This document shows, piece by piece, positions 49,901 through 61,719 of a stretch of 64,000 bases of DNA. Within the stretch, counting starts at the first letter, position 1. Each line of letters opens with the position of its first letter. Under the pieces are notes generated by a model that was not told where the DNA came from, did not search any database, and was given only the letters and a program-made list of their open reading frames with translations. Location of the stretch: assembly GCA_950097015.1 (NCBI GenBank), contig CATNEN010000001.1:19592001-19656000 (forward strand). Direction: 5' to 3'. This stretch comes from Macrostomum hystrix (Eukaryota > Animalia > Platyhelminthes). The translations under genes were made by a program, and so were the position numbers.

Positions 49901-52667
49901 ATCCCAAATTTCGGGTCTCTGAAATCCCAGATCCCCAATTTAGGGTCTCTGAAATGCCAGATTCCCAACTTCGGGTCTCTGAAATCCCAGATTCCCAAAT
50001 TTCAGGTCTCTAAAATCCCAGATTCCCAATTTCAGGGCTCTAAAATCCCAGATTCCCAATTTCGTGTCTCTAAAATCCCAGATTCCCAATTTCGTGTCTC
50101 TGAAATGCCAGATCCCCAACTTCGGGTCTCTGAAATGCCAGATCCCCAATTTCGGGTCTCTAAAATCTCAGGTCCCCAATTTCGTGTGTCTGAAATCCCA
50201 GATCCCAAATTTCGGGTCTCTGAAATCCCAGATCCCAAATTTCGGGTCTCTGAAATCCCAGATCCCAAATTTCGGGTCTCTGAAATCCCAGATCCCCAAT
50301 TTCGTGTCTCTGAAATCCCAGATTCCAAATTTCAGGTCTCTGAAATCCCAGATCCTCATTTCTTTGGTCTATACAACCCCATATTTTTAATTTGTGTGTT
50401 CTTTAAATTCTAAAATCCCACATTAAGTTGACCATGCCATATTTGAATGCCCCAATAATCCCTTGCTTTCCTCGCAGTAACTAAAATTTTTCTCAATTAT
50501 AATTCCCGCCAAGCATGAGAATCTTGTTGCCTTCGTGGTGTTAAACACTGCTAGTGAAGCTTTGTTCTGTCTAATATCTAGAAATTATAATCTTACCAGA
50601 TAACACTAGGATATAATAGTCTTTGTACACTTTAATATAGCATGCGGTTTAAATTCATTAGAATTTATTTTTACATTTTGCTGGCATTCAAAGCAGATTT
50701 GCACTTTTATGAACGTTCAATAACAAATTTTCTGTTTATACACTCGCGTGACGTGCCTTAACATTATCTAATATTATTTCACCAACACGCAACTTATTTT
50801 TTGCCCTTATTAATACACTTTTCGTATCAGTTAACCTAATATCATTGAATTTATGTTTTAATGTTTTAACACCTATCATTATTTTCTTATCTTTATTTAT
50901 ATTTACTCCTGTTTGCATAGATTTTTCTTTATTTTTTATCAAAAACAAACAAACCCACTCAGATTTTGTAAAGCCTTTATCAAACCCTTTTAAGTGTGCA
51001 CACGCCCCTAGACAAGGCCCACCAACCCCTCACACCCAGTGTGCACACGCCCCTAGACATAGCCCACCAACCCCTCCCACCCAGTGTGCACACGCCCCTA
51101 GACAAACACTACCAACCCCTCACACCCAGTGTGCACACGCCCCTAGACAGAGCCCACCAACCCCTCACACCCAGTGTGCACACGCCCCTAGACAGAGCCC
51201 ACCAACCCCTCACACCCAGTGTGCACACGCCCCTAGACAAAGCCCACCAACCCCTCACACCCAGTGTGCACACGCCCCTAGACAGAGCCCACCAACCCCT
51301 CAAACCCAGTGTGCACACGGCCCTAGACAAAGCCCACCAACCCCTCACACCCAGTGTGCACACGCCCCTAGACAGAGCCCACCAACCCCTCAAACCCAGT
51401 GTGCACACGGCCCTAGACAAAGCCCACCAACCCCTCCCACCCAGTGTGTACACGCCCCTAGACAGAGCCCACCAACCCCTCACACCCAGTGTGCACACGC
51501 CCCTAGACAGAGCCCACCAACCCCTCACACCCAGTGTGCACTCCCCCCTAGACAAACACCACCAACCCCTCACACCCAGTGTGCACACGGCCCTAGACAA
51601 AGCCCACCAACCCCTCCCACCCAGTGTGCACTCCCCCCTAGACAAACACCACCAACCCCTCACACCCAGTGTGCACACGGCCCTAGACAAAGCCCACCAA
51701 CCCCTCCCACCCAGTGTTCACACGCCCCTCCACCAACCCCTCACACCCAATGTACAGCCACATTAGCCACCATCACCTTTAATCACCCTCCATACTAGAT
51801 GGTCACGGCCGCAGTCCCGGAGTCCGCGCCTACGTCACCCACATGGACCAGATGGTGATGCCTGTGCTTAGTCACGTGACCCAGATTCGCACCGCCTTCC
51901 CCGGCAAGCCATTGTTCATCCTTGGCCACTCGATGGGCGGCCTTGTGGCGGTTCTGTGCGCCAGGGATTTGCCGCACCTATTTGAGGGTGTCATCCTGGT
52001 TGCTCCCGCTCTGGGACTGCATGCGCCCGCCTGGAAAATCTGGCTTGGAACCATCGCCAGCTACATCTGTCCGCAGGTAAGTCTCATATCTTAGCCCTCC
52101 ATCCATCTAGGTCATCAATCTGGCCATAGCCCTCCACCTAACTGGGTCATCAATCTGGTCATAGCCTCCATCCAACTGGGTCATCAATCTGGTCATAGCC
52201 CTCCAACCAACTGGGTCATGAATCTGGTCATAGCCCTCCACCCATCTGGGTCATGAATCTGGTCATAGCCCTCCACCCATCTGGGTCATCAATCTCTGCA
52301 GATGCTGGTGCCAGGCACTGGCTGCCAGCCGCAGAACAGCACCTCGGATGAGAACATTCAGGAGGAGATCATGACAGACCCGCTGCAGTTCAATCTGGGC
52401 GCCCGTCTAGGCTCCGTTCTGACCCTGCTCAACTGCATCAACTCACTGGCTGATTATAAGGCCAACTTCCCCATGCTGGCTATGCACTCTGAGCACGACA
52501 CCATCACGGCCTGCGAGCCAACTAAGAAGTTCGTTGAGCGAGCCATCTCGGCTGACAAGGAACTGCAGGTGTTTCAAAATGTGCGCCACCAATTGCACAA
52601 CGAATGCGAGCCGTTCCGTCTGGATATTCATAGGCGCATTGTGGACTGGGTGCTGAAGCGCGCCTAG
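46962..52667 (+). CDS. MGLL: Monoglyceride lipase / lysophospholipase-like alpha/beta hydrolase, 4 exons, ~286 aa
   Basis: Exons 46962-47071, 48880-48986, 51799-52076, 52302-52667, in phase. Motifs: LYTHRW, FIAHGLSEH, HDHYGHGRSPG, GHSMGG nucleophile elbow, HSEHDTI (Asp), RHQLHNE (His). Orthology versus paralogy is not resolved. Confidence 0.88.
47230..48725. repeat. 58-bp dimeric minisatellite (GTGACATTGTCACTCTCCCACATCCTCAAGTGTCACTGTCACTCTCCCAGAACCTCAG)n with shorter monomer runs
   Basis: Lipase intron 1. Confidence 0.96.
49125..50360. repeat. 30-bp minisatellite (GAAATCCCAGATCCCCAATTTCGGGTCTCT)n
   Basis: Lipase intron 2; contains an internal 361-bp block duplication. Confidence 0.96.
50993..51756. 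repeat. 45-bp minisatellite (GTGTGCACACGCCCCTAGACAGAGCCCACCAACCCCTCACACCCA)n
   Basis: About 17 copies ending ~40 nt before the acceptor at 51798. Confidence 0.96.
52093..52295. repeat. 35-bp minisatellite filling lipase intron 3
   Basis: (TAGCCCTCCACCCATCTGGGTCATCAATCTGGTCA)x~6, running into the acceptor. Confidence 0.9.
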
Positions 52668-52734
52668 GATTAGCCTACGATAGTCGTCTGCTTGTGTAAG
52701 ACTCGAAAAAATTATCTAATCATTCCTATTTTAA

Positions 52735-53195
52735 GGAATCCCCATTCTGAAATCCCCATTGTAAATTCAATGGATCCTAAATCCCCATTCTGTAATCCCC
52801 ATTCTAAATTCAAAGGATCCTAAATCCTCATTCTGAAATCCCCATTCTAAATTCAAAGGATCCTAAATCCTCATTCTGAAATCCCCATTCTAAATTCAAA
52901 GGATCCTAAATCCTCATTCTGAATTCCCCATTCTAAACTCCAAAGATCCCAAATCCTCATTCTGAAATCCCCATTCTAAATTCAAAGGATCCCAAATCCT
53001 CATTCTGAAATCCCCATTCTAAATTCAAAGGATCTTAAATCCTCATTCTGAAATCCCCATTCTAAATTCCAAAGATCCCAAATCCTCATTCTGAAATCCC
53101 CATTCTAAATTCAAAGGATCCTAAATCCTCATTCTGAATTCCCCATTCTAAACTCCAAAGATCCCAAATCCTCATTCTGAAATCCCCCATTCTAA
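52735..53195. repeat. 43-bp minisatellite in or after the lipase 3'UTR
   Basis: (AAATCCTCATTCTGAAATCCCCATTCTAAATTCAAAGGATCCT)x~10. Confidence 0.92.
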
Positions 53196-53672
53196 GAAAT
53201 TCTCGAACAGTAATCCTTACTCTTATTATGAAGAATCTCAGATCCTTAAGTTTTGATTGCAATCAAAGAAACCCAGAGCCTTCAGTCCTGAAAGTTGAAA
53301 ATACATTTTTAAACGTGAAAAGTTATTGTGGATTATTCTGAAAATGTGATTTTTCAATATAAATACTACTAACTGTTTCCACAAGGTGAGTAGTATATAA
53401 ATGCGAGAAATTATCAGAACAAATCGTCGGGTGCTTCCAGTTTGATTAAATAACATGCCGATTAGTACTCTTTGGCCACTAAAGGATCAGTTTTTTACTT
53501 GATACTGTCAATTGATATTTATATTTTGTGCGCCTTGTCAATTATTTATTGTTTGTTTAAATATTCGATTTGATTCCTGTTTTTTCTCTACTGATTTTTG
53601 TTTTCTCTTTAATAAAATTTCTCAACTTCAAACTAGCTTTTTAGTTACTATAAAATATTTGCGAATCTAAAG

Positions 53673-53973
<301 letters not shown>

Positions 53974-54499
53974 AGTAACAAATCGTGCCAATAACGTTCG
54001 AAGTTGAGAAATGCTTGAGTTCTAGTTAGTATTCCAGTATATTTGGAAATATTCTGTGCTAGATGATATGATCATAATTTGTCCTTTGACATTGCTAGAT
54101 GATTTTACCATGTTTGTCCATGGACATTGTGTTTTTTAAGTCGGCTCGCTGAACGGGTTGATGATGTCCAATAAAAATTATTTATAGAACTATGAAACTA
54201 GCTTTCCTGAAATTTTCCAATGGTGCTCCCCGCTCTCTAAATCATTTGGTTTGTTTTGTTTACTTTCCTGGTTGCTAGTGTCAATAAAAACATGCCTAGT
54301 TTACGCTTAGCAACCGCTGTTGTCAAGCAGCAGCAGCTTTGAGCATCTGCAGGTCGGAGTAGACGGCTAATTTTTTAAAATAATTATTGCGTCACTATTT
54401 TGTCATAAAGCTGTGTTTTTGCTCATATCCGATGTACTCAATATTTCAACCTGCCTCATGACCAATGATTTTATGACCACTCAGCTCTTGTAATGAAAG

Positions 54500-55340
54500 T
54501 TAATGACCACCCAATGCTCATATTAGATGGAAGGCAATGACCATTCAAAGCTCATAGTAGATAGAAGGTAATGACCATTCAATGCTCATAATAGATGGAA
54601 GGCAATGACCATTCAATGCTCATATTAGATAGAAGGTAATGACCATTCAAAGCTCATAGTAGATAGAAGGTAATGACCATTCAATGCTCATAATAGATGG
54701 AAGGTAATGACCATTCAATGCTCATAATAGATGGAAGGTAATGACCATTCAATGCTCATAATAGATGGAAGGTAATGACCATTCAAAGCTCATAGTAGAT
54801 AGAAGGTAATGACCATTCAAAGCTCATAATAGATGGAAGGCAATGACCATTCAAAGCTCATAATAGATGAAAGGCAATGACCATTCAATGCTCATAATAG
54901 ATGGAAGGCAATGACCATTCAATGCTCATAATAGATGGAAGGCAATGACCATTCAATGCTCATAATAGATGGAAGGCAATGACTACTCAATGCTCATAAT
55001 AGATGGAAGGCAATGACCATTCAAAGCTCATAATAGATGGAAGGCAATGACCATTCAATGCTCATATTAGATGGAAGGCAATGACCATTCAATGCTCATA
55101 TTAGATGGAAGGCAATGACCATTCAATGCTCATATTAGATGGAAGGCAATGACCATTCAATGCTCATAATAGATGGAAGGCAATGACCATTCAATGCTCA
55201 TAATAGATGGAAGGCAATGACCATTCAATGCTCATAATAGATGGAAGGTAATGACCATTCAATGCTCATATTAGATGGAAGGCAATGACCATTCAATGCT
55301 CATAATAGCTCGTAGATAAAAGGTAATGACCACTGAATGC
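54500..55340. repeat. 34-bp minisatellite (AATGACCATTCAATGCTCATAATAGATGGAAGGC)n
   Basis: About 24 copies upstream of the kinase. Confidence 0.95.
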
Positions 55341-55759
55341 AAACATTCGTCTTTGATTAAGGATACTTGATTGATCATTCAATGCAATAGCTGAAAAATT
55401 TTGTCCAGCTTTTTAAAAAAAAGTTTAAAGCGAACAAATTTAATATTTTTTATCTATAAATTAACTTTTTTGTAGAATTACATTTTAAGTACTGTTATAT
55501 AACGTTTGCTAGCTTCAATACTCTGTGATTATACTGGTGTTTTACAAATATTTTATTGACTCTGCGGTTTTACTTAAAAATAAAGTATTGAACTTAAAAG
55601 TGTCGCAGTTCCTTGTTTTTTTCAAGTGTCTCAAAAAGTTACAGTTGATATAGAATGATAGCGGTGGATTGGTTAGAGGGGAATAGGGGAGTTGCCCCCC
55701 TGACATTTGTTTTTGCTGCACCCGAACTGAGCAACGCAAGCACACGAAACTCAAGAACA

Positions 55760-56205
55760 CGTCTTCAGCTCTTTAGACCATCGAGATATTCAATGGTTCT
55801 GGCCGACGGTCGGATTTTTCCCATATGCGCTAGTGTATTTCATTCACTCCTATACTCAAATTAGCACTGCGCCTCAGTGCGGCCTTGCCAGGCCTTCAAA
55901 ATTGATGAGCATGTCACCCGAATGTGCCTGCATCAGCTCCGACTTCGGTGGTCACTTACCTTCAAGGGCTACAACAGGTGGAATAGGCCACTATGGACAC
56001 CTTGACGCGAATTTCTCGAATTTCACAGATCAAACCTAAATGTTAGGCGCAGCTCAACCACAGGACACCCTCTCCTAGTCTGCCAACCAATGAGCACCAC
56101 CCAGCGCTGTTAGCATTCGGGCGCTGACAATAATAATTTCAGGTGGGTGTTACCCCTGTGTATAAAAACGGGTGGCGAAATGCTTTGGTAGTCCTACTGT
56201 TAATA
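55760..56205 (+). mobile_element. Interspersed repeat, second copy of the 17785-18625 family
   Basis: Shared blocks include GAGATATTCAATGGTTCTGGCCGA, CTGCGCCTCAGTGCGGCCTT, AGGGCTACAACAGGTGGAA and GGCGCAGCTCAACCACAGGACACCCTC. Confidence 0.85.
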
Positions 56206-56400
56206 GCATTGTTAGGTCGGCTATCGATTTAAAAGAATATTATTAACCCTAGTTTATTAATCATAAACTGTTTCTTCCCAATTCAGCTCGCCTGAATGTC
56301 CGCTGTCTGCGCGCACTCGCTGCTCAATCATTAGTAGTATCATTATAAATAATTTAAGGAATTTATTCTGTGATAAAGAAGCCATTATTTTCCGACACCA

Positions 56401-58618
56401 ATGGACTTTTATGTCGGCGGCGGCGGCAGCGGCGGCGGCAGTCAGCAGTCATCGTCGTCGGCTCGTTGGCAGCTGGTGAAGCAGATTGGTTCAGGCAGTT
56501 TCGGCGATATCTACTTCGGCGTCAACTGTGTCACCAAGGAGCCGGTGGCTGTGAAACTCGAACCAGCGACCGCCAGGCACCCGCAGTTGGAGTCTGAGTT
56601 TCGACTCTATCAACAGTTGAGCAAGGCTGGCACAGTGGGTGCTCCCGGTGTTGCCAAAGTCATTCACTTCGCTAAGGAGCTGCGGCATAATGTGCTGGTG
56701 ATGGAACTACTCGGACCTTCGCTAGAGGAGCTGTACAATTTCTGTTCGAGACAGTTCAGTGTTAAAACTGTGAGACGCCACACAAAATTGCACGTCCCGC
56801 ATTCTCTCTCAACAATAGGAAGACCACTTAGGGTATTAGCAAGACCAACATCTTCCAAAATGTTCAACCAATCGCCATGAAGATCTAGAACACGGCCTAA
56901 AATTTTCCGCTCTATCCGATAAAAACAGCTTCTAGAATTGCAAAACATCGGCATCGTCGAGATATTCAACAATTCTCGTCGGGGTCTTGAAAGTTAGTTC
57001 ATCGTAAATAGCTGAGCTTTGTTATCAATATGGTGGACTTTCACGAGAATCGGTCACTCGGTTTGGGAGCCATCGTGAACTGGGCAGCGGGCATTTCAAA
57101 TACCCCTTTGTCTTTCTACTGTTAATGCAGACATAATCCACAAATCCCCAAGGTGCTGATGCTGGCGGACCAGATGTTGAGTCGACTTGAGTACCTGCAC
57201 AGTCAGGGCTGGGTGCATCAGGATGTTAAGCCGGATAATTTCACAATGGGCCAGGGCCCGGCAATGCAGACTGTCTACCTGATTGACTTCGGACTGTGCA
57301 AACGTTACCTGGATTACAAGAGCCGACACATTCCCTACAGGGAGGATAGGTGAGATTCAGGAGAGGTAGACTGAGATTCAGGAGAAGTGGGCTGAGATTC
57401 AGAAGAAGTAGACTGAGATTCAGAAGAAGTAGACTGAGATTCAGAAGAAGTAGACTGAGATTCAGGAGAGTAGACTGAGATTCAGGAGAAGTAGACTGAG
57501 ATTCAGGAGAAGTAGACTGAGATTCAGGCAAGTAGACTGAGATTCAGGAGAAGTAGACTGAGATTCAGGCAAGTAGACTGAGATTCAGAAGAAGTAGACT
57601 GAGATTCAGGAGAAGTAGACTGAGATTCAGGCAAGTAGACTGAGATTCAGGAGAAGTAGGGTGAGATTCAGGAGAAGTAGACTGAGATTCAGGAGAAGTA
57701 GGGTGAGATTCAGGAGAAGTAGACTGAGATTCAGGCAAGTCTTCCAGACTGAGATTCAGGCAAGTAGGGTGAGATTCAGGAGAAGTAGTGTGAGATTCAG
57801 GAGAAGTAGACTGAGATTCAGGCAAGTAGAGTGAGATTCAGAAGAAGTAGACTGAGATTCAGGAGAAGTAGGGTGAGATTCAGGAGAAGTAGTGTGAGAT
57901 TCAGGAGAAGTAGACTGAGATTCAGGCAAGTAGAGTGAGATTCAGAAGAAGTAGACTGAGATTCAGGAGAAGTAGGGTGAGATTCAGGAGAAGTAGGGTG
58001 AGATTCAGGCAAGTAGACTGAGATTCAGAAGAAGTAGACTGAGATTCAGGAGAAGTAGGGTGAGATTCAGGAGAAGTAGGGTGAGATTCAGGCAAGTAGA
58101 GTGAGATTCAGAAGAAGTAGACTGAGATTCATGCAAGTAGAGTGAGTTTCAGCAGAAGTAGGCTCAGAGCAGTGTTTCCTCCATCCTCCAGACACCTGAC
58201 AGGCACAGCCCGCTACGCATCTATGAATGCTCACCTGGGCATTGAGCAGTCTCGCCGAGATGACCTGGAGAGCCTTGGCTACTGCCTGGCCTATTTTCTC
58301 CGCTCCCAGCTGCCCTGGCAGGGTCTCAAGGCAAATAATAAACGGCAGAAATACGAGAGAATCTCCGAGTGCAAGATGCAGACCAGCGTTGAGACTCTGT
58401 GCGCTGGGTTTCCCTGCTCAGAACTGGCTATGCTCATCAATTACTGCCGCAGTTTGCATTTTGATGAAGCACCGGACTATGCTTATCTGAGGCAGCTGCT
58501 GCGGATTGCAATGCGACAGTTGGGCTACCAGTTTGACTGGGCATTCGATTGGATTCTGCTTCGCAACCAAATCTGCTCGCAGCCGCCAAGTCAGCAGCAG
58601 CAGCAGCAGCAGCAGTAA
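56401..58618 (+). CDS. CSNK1A1: Casein kinase 1, alpha-like divergent paralog, 3 coding exons, ~330 aa
   Basis: Exons 56401-56769, 57153-57349, 58192-58618, in phase. Motifs: [95 protein letters not shown]1 family membership is certain; exact orthology is not. Confidence 0.88.
57350..58165. repeat. ~18-21-bp minisatellite (GTAGACTGAGATTCAGGAGAA)n beginning at the donor site of CK1 intron 2
   Basis: The intron starts GTGAGATTCAGGAGA, which is itself a repeat unit. Confidence 0.96.
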
Positions 58619-59149
58619 AATCATGCTTTCTGAGCGAAGAATTTGTACTTTTCGAAAAGTTTCTTTTACCCCGCTAAAAATAGGGATGTTTCTTTGGGTG
58701 ATTCCAGATGGAATCTGCGGTGTTTCCAGAAAAAAGAAACAGCCGAACGCTGGAAACATACCAATCGGATGATTCCATGCTTAGAATCTACCCAACTGGG
58801 CGTTTTCTCGGTGCTTCTTGGTGGCGAAATGGAATCACCCAAAGAATCCTCCAGTTCGGAAGATTCCATGCTCAGAAACCGCCGAGGAATCGCCCGTAAA
58901 TAATTCTCTGGTTGTCCCATGGGCCACTGGTTCGGGTGATTCTTCGGCGGTTTCCGCACAATTTACGGTTACATCGGCTGCTTCCTGTGTGGTTTGTTTA
59001 ACTCTTGCGAGACAGGGGGGATTTCGGTAGATTCCACTCCTATTTTGCACAAAAACCCGCCGAAGAAGCAGCCGAATTTTTTACAAGGACAATTTTGTAG
59101 CTCGATTTAAGATACTCGACAATTATCATTCTCCGTATTTGAGAATTTG

Positions 59150-59620
59150 ACAATGTCAGACTATTGTTATGAGAATGTCAGACTGTTGTCATGAGAATGT
59201 CAGACTGTTGTCATGAGAATGTCAGACTGTTGTCATGAAAATGTCAGACTGTTGTCATAAGAATGTCAGACTGTTGTCATAAGAATGTCAGACTGTTGTC
59301 ATGAGAATGTCAGACTGTTGTCATGAAAATGTCAGACAATTGTCATGAGAATGTCAGACTGTTGTCATGAGAATGTCAGACTGTTGTCATGAGAATGTCA
59401 GACTGTTGTCATGAGAATGTCAGACTATTGTCATGAGAATGTCAGACTGTTGTCATGAGAATGTCAGACTGTTGTCATGAGAATGTCAGACTGTTGTCAT
59501 GAAAATGTCAGACAATTGTCATGAGAATGTCAGACTGTTGTCATGAGAATGTCAGACTGTTGTCATGAGAATGTCAGACTGTTGTCATGAGAATGTCAGA
59601 CTATTGTCATGATAATGTCA
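59150..59620. repeat. 22-bp minisatellite (GAGAATGTCAGACTGTTGTCAT)n
   Basis: About 21 copies. Confidence 0.96.
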
Positions 59621-59891
59621 CTCCATTTTTTTATATAAAAATATTTTTCAAATACCTGTTTTGCTTTAGATATTTAATAAAACTATATATATATTTAGTT
59701 GAGCACTGCCGCTATGTACATACTTTTTATTAAAGAAAGCCACTGTAATTGATTTATATTTTTCATTATTTTTAATTACTAATCACTGCAGTAAATTATT
59801 TTATTCACTAGAACTTTTGTGTCCAACCAGATTAGCCTGAGCTTCCGTTATTTTATGCAAGTTTAATTGGACATACTTTGGCCGTTAAGTT

Positions 59892-60245
59892 TGTATCTAA
59901 CAGGTGGAAAATTGTGTCTAACAGGTGGAAAATTGTATCTAACAGGTGGAAAATTGTGTCTAACAGGTGGAAAATTGTGTCTAACAGGTGGAAAATTGTG
60001 TCTAACAGGTGGAAAATTGTGTCTAACAGGTGGAAAATTGTGTCTAACAGATTTCAGTTGCGTCTGACATGTTGACGCCAAAGTCTAACATTTTGACAGC
60101 AATGTCTAACATGTTGACAGCAATGTCTAACATGTTTACAGCAATGTCTAACATGTTGACAGCAATGTCTAACATGTTTACAGCAATGTCTAACATGTTG
60201 ACAGCAATGTCTAACATGCTGACAGGAATGTCGAACATGTCAGCG
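59892..60245. repeat. Two adjacent 21-bp minisatellites (TCTAACAGGTGGAAAATTGTG; TCTAACATGTTGACAGCAATG)
   Basis: About 8 copies each, sharing TGTCTAACA. Confidence 0.92.
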
Positions 60246-60956
60246 ATATCTAGAACGGCGTCTAGCAGATCAGTTTCTTCAACTGTCAAGTTGACCATGT
60301 TAAAGTTTTTCATCACCTGTTAGGACAAACTATTTTTCGCATCGATATTTAACGTGTGTCCTTGAGTCAAGGTACTTAAGTATCAATCATAGCTTAGCAT
60401 GTTTTGTGTTCAATTCATTTTAACTATACATTCTGTTCAGTCTTCCAGTAACTTGAAATTGCCAAAATTTATTTAGAATATTGCACTAAATATTTGTTGT
60501 GCTGCGATGTGCCCTGCGAGCCTGTGGTGCCTCTGGTGCCTCAGGTCTCCGGTGAGTCGGCCTCACCTCAGCTGCCATCGCATTCGGCCTCGGCCAGTGC
60601 CACAACGGTGCCAAAGAATTGTCCAACCGGCCGTGGACATTCACATGAAGCGGTGAGTGTGTCACAATATTCACGTCATTCCTAAAGAATTTATCAGACA
60701 GTAAATTCAATGTATTTTTGTGTCAGAAAGTCAAACATTATTTCGCGTAGTAAGTTTTTCAGGAAGGGCACAATTCTTTTAGTAATCACGTTCAGATCAA
60801 TACTTGTAACCGGAAGTTTGAAAGTATTCAGAACGCGATCATTAAGATTTTCAAGGGCAAGAACTTGTAACTTGATCTTGATCTTAAAATTGGTTTCTTT
60901 TCCGTATTGGTTCGTGCATTTAATGTTCAAACCCTTGCCTGTAGAACGCACTTTAG

Positions 60957-61218
60957 TTTACTGAATTCTGCGCAAAGTGATCTGGCGCGCAGGATTCAGT
61001 ACGCTTCAAGCGAATTCGCTAATTGGACGGAGGATGAGAAGGGCCGGTTTTTACGGGCGTTTAAGAAATTCGGCAAGGAGTTTTCTAAGATCGCCGCCGC
61101 CATCCGTAGCAAGACTGTAGCCCAATGTGTCGCATTTTACTATAGCTCAAAGTATGAGCCTAACTTTAAGGATATGTACGCCGCCAAGAAGCGAGCAGCC
61201 AGGCGGAAGCGTCCATGA
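60957..61218 (+). CDS. SANT/Myb domain exon, NCoR/SMRT SANT1-like; possible upstream exon ending at 60652
   Basis: WTEDEKGRFLRAFKKFGKEFSKIAAAIRSKTVAQCVAFYYSSKYEPNFK; acceptor CTTTAG at 60956; a phase-2-compatible donor GTGAGT at 60653. May be a gene fragment. Confidence 0.7.
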
Positions 61219-61369
61219 ATAACATATTAATTATAATATTATTTCTTTAAAACAATTTATTTGGGCAAATAATTCAGGCTGCATTCACTTTTAATTTACT
61301 TTACTTTTACTTTTAATATCATATAATATCATATAATAATATATTATATTAGTTTTTGTAATAATGTGT

Positions 61370-61655
61370 AGTTACCCCTTTCAGGCCATGATAAAATGAA
61401 GATAGATTAACCTGTCCCACATGTCCCTGACCCGAAGAAGCGACGCATCTGTAGGCTGTGTATGGCTCAGTTTATAGACTGGAGTGACGCCACAGACACT
61501 CTCAAGCTGATCTGGTACTCATTTTACAACTGGTCAAACATTCTTAATGTAACTATAGCTACAAAGGCATTTCCGACATAGCTTGTACCAAGTTAAGTCG
61601 GAAATCGAACCCCCGACCTTCAATTCGTGAGTCCGGCACCCTAACTAAACTGTTT
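61370..61655 (-). mobile_element. tRNA-derived SINE-like element
   Basis: Minus-strand head CAGTTTAGTTAGGGTGCCGGACTCACGAATTGAAGGTCGGGGGTTCGATTTCCGAC (B box); the 3' boundary is approximate. Confidence 0.5.
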
Positions 61656-61719
61656 AAAAATATTTTAACGATGCGTAATTTTCTCGATTTCCTCTATTTT
61701 AAATATATAATTTAACTAG

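Noticed and set aside
48925-51798. LRR-like or mucin-like ORFs
   Set aside because: They are minisatellite translations inside lipase intron 2.
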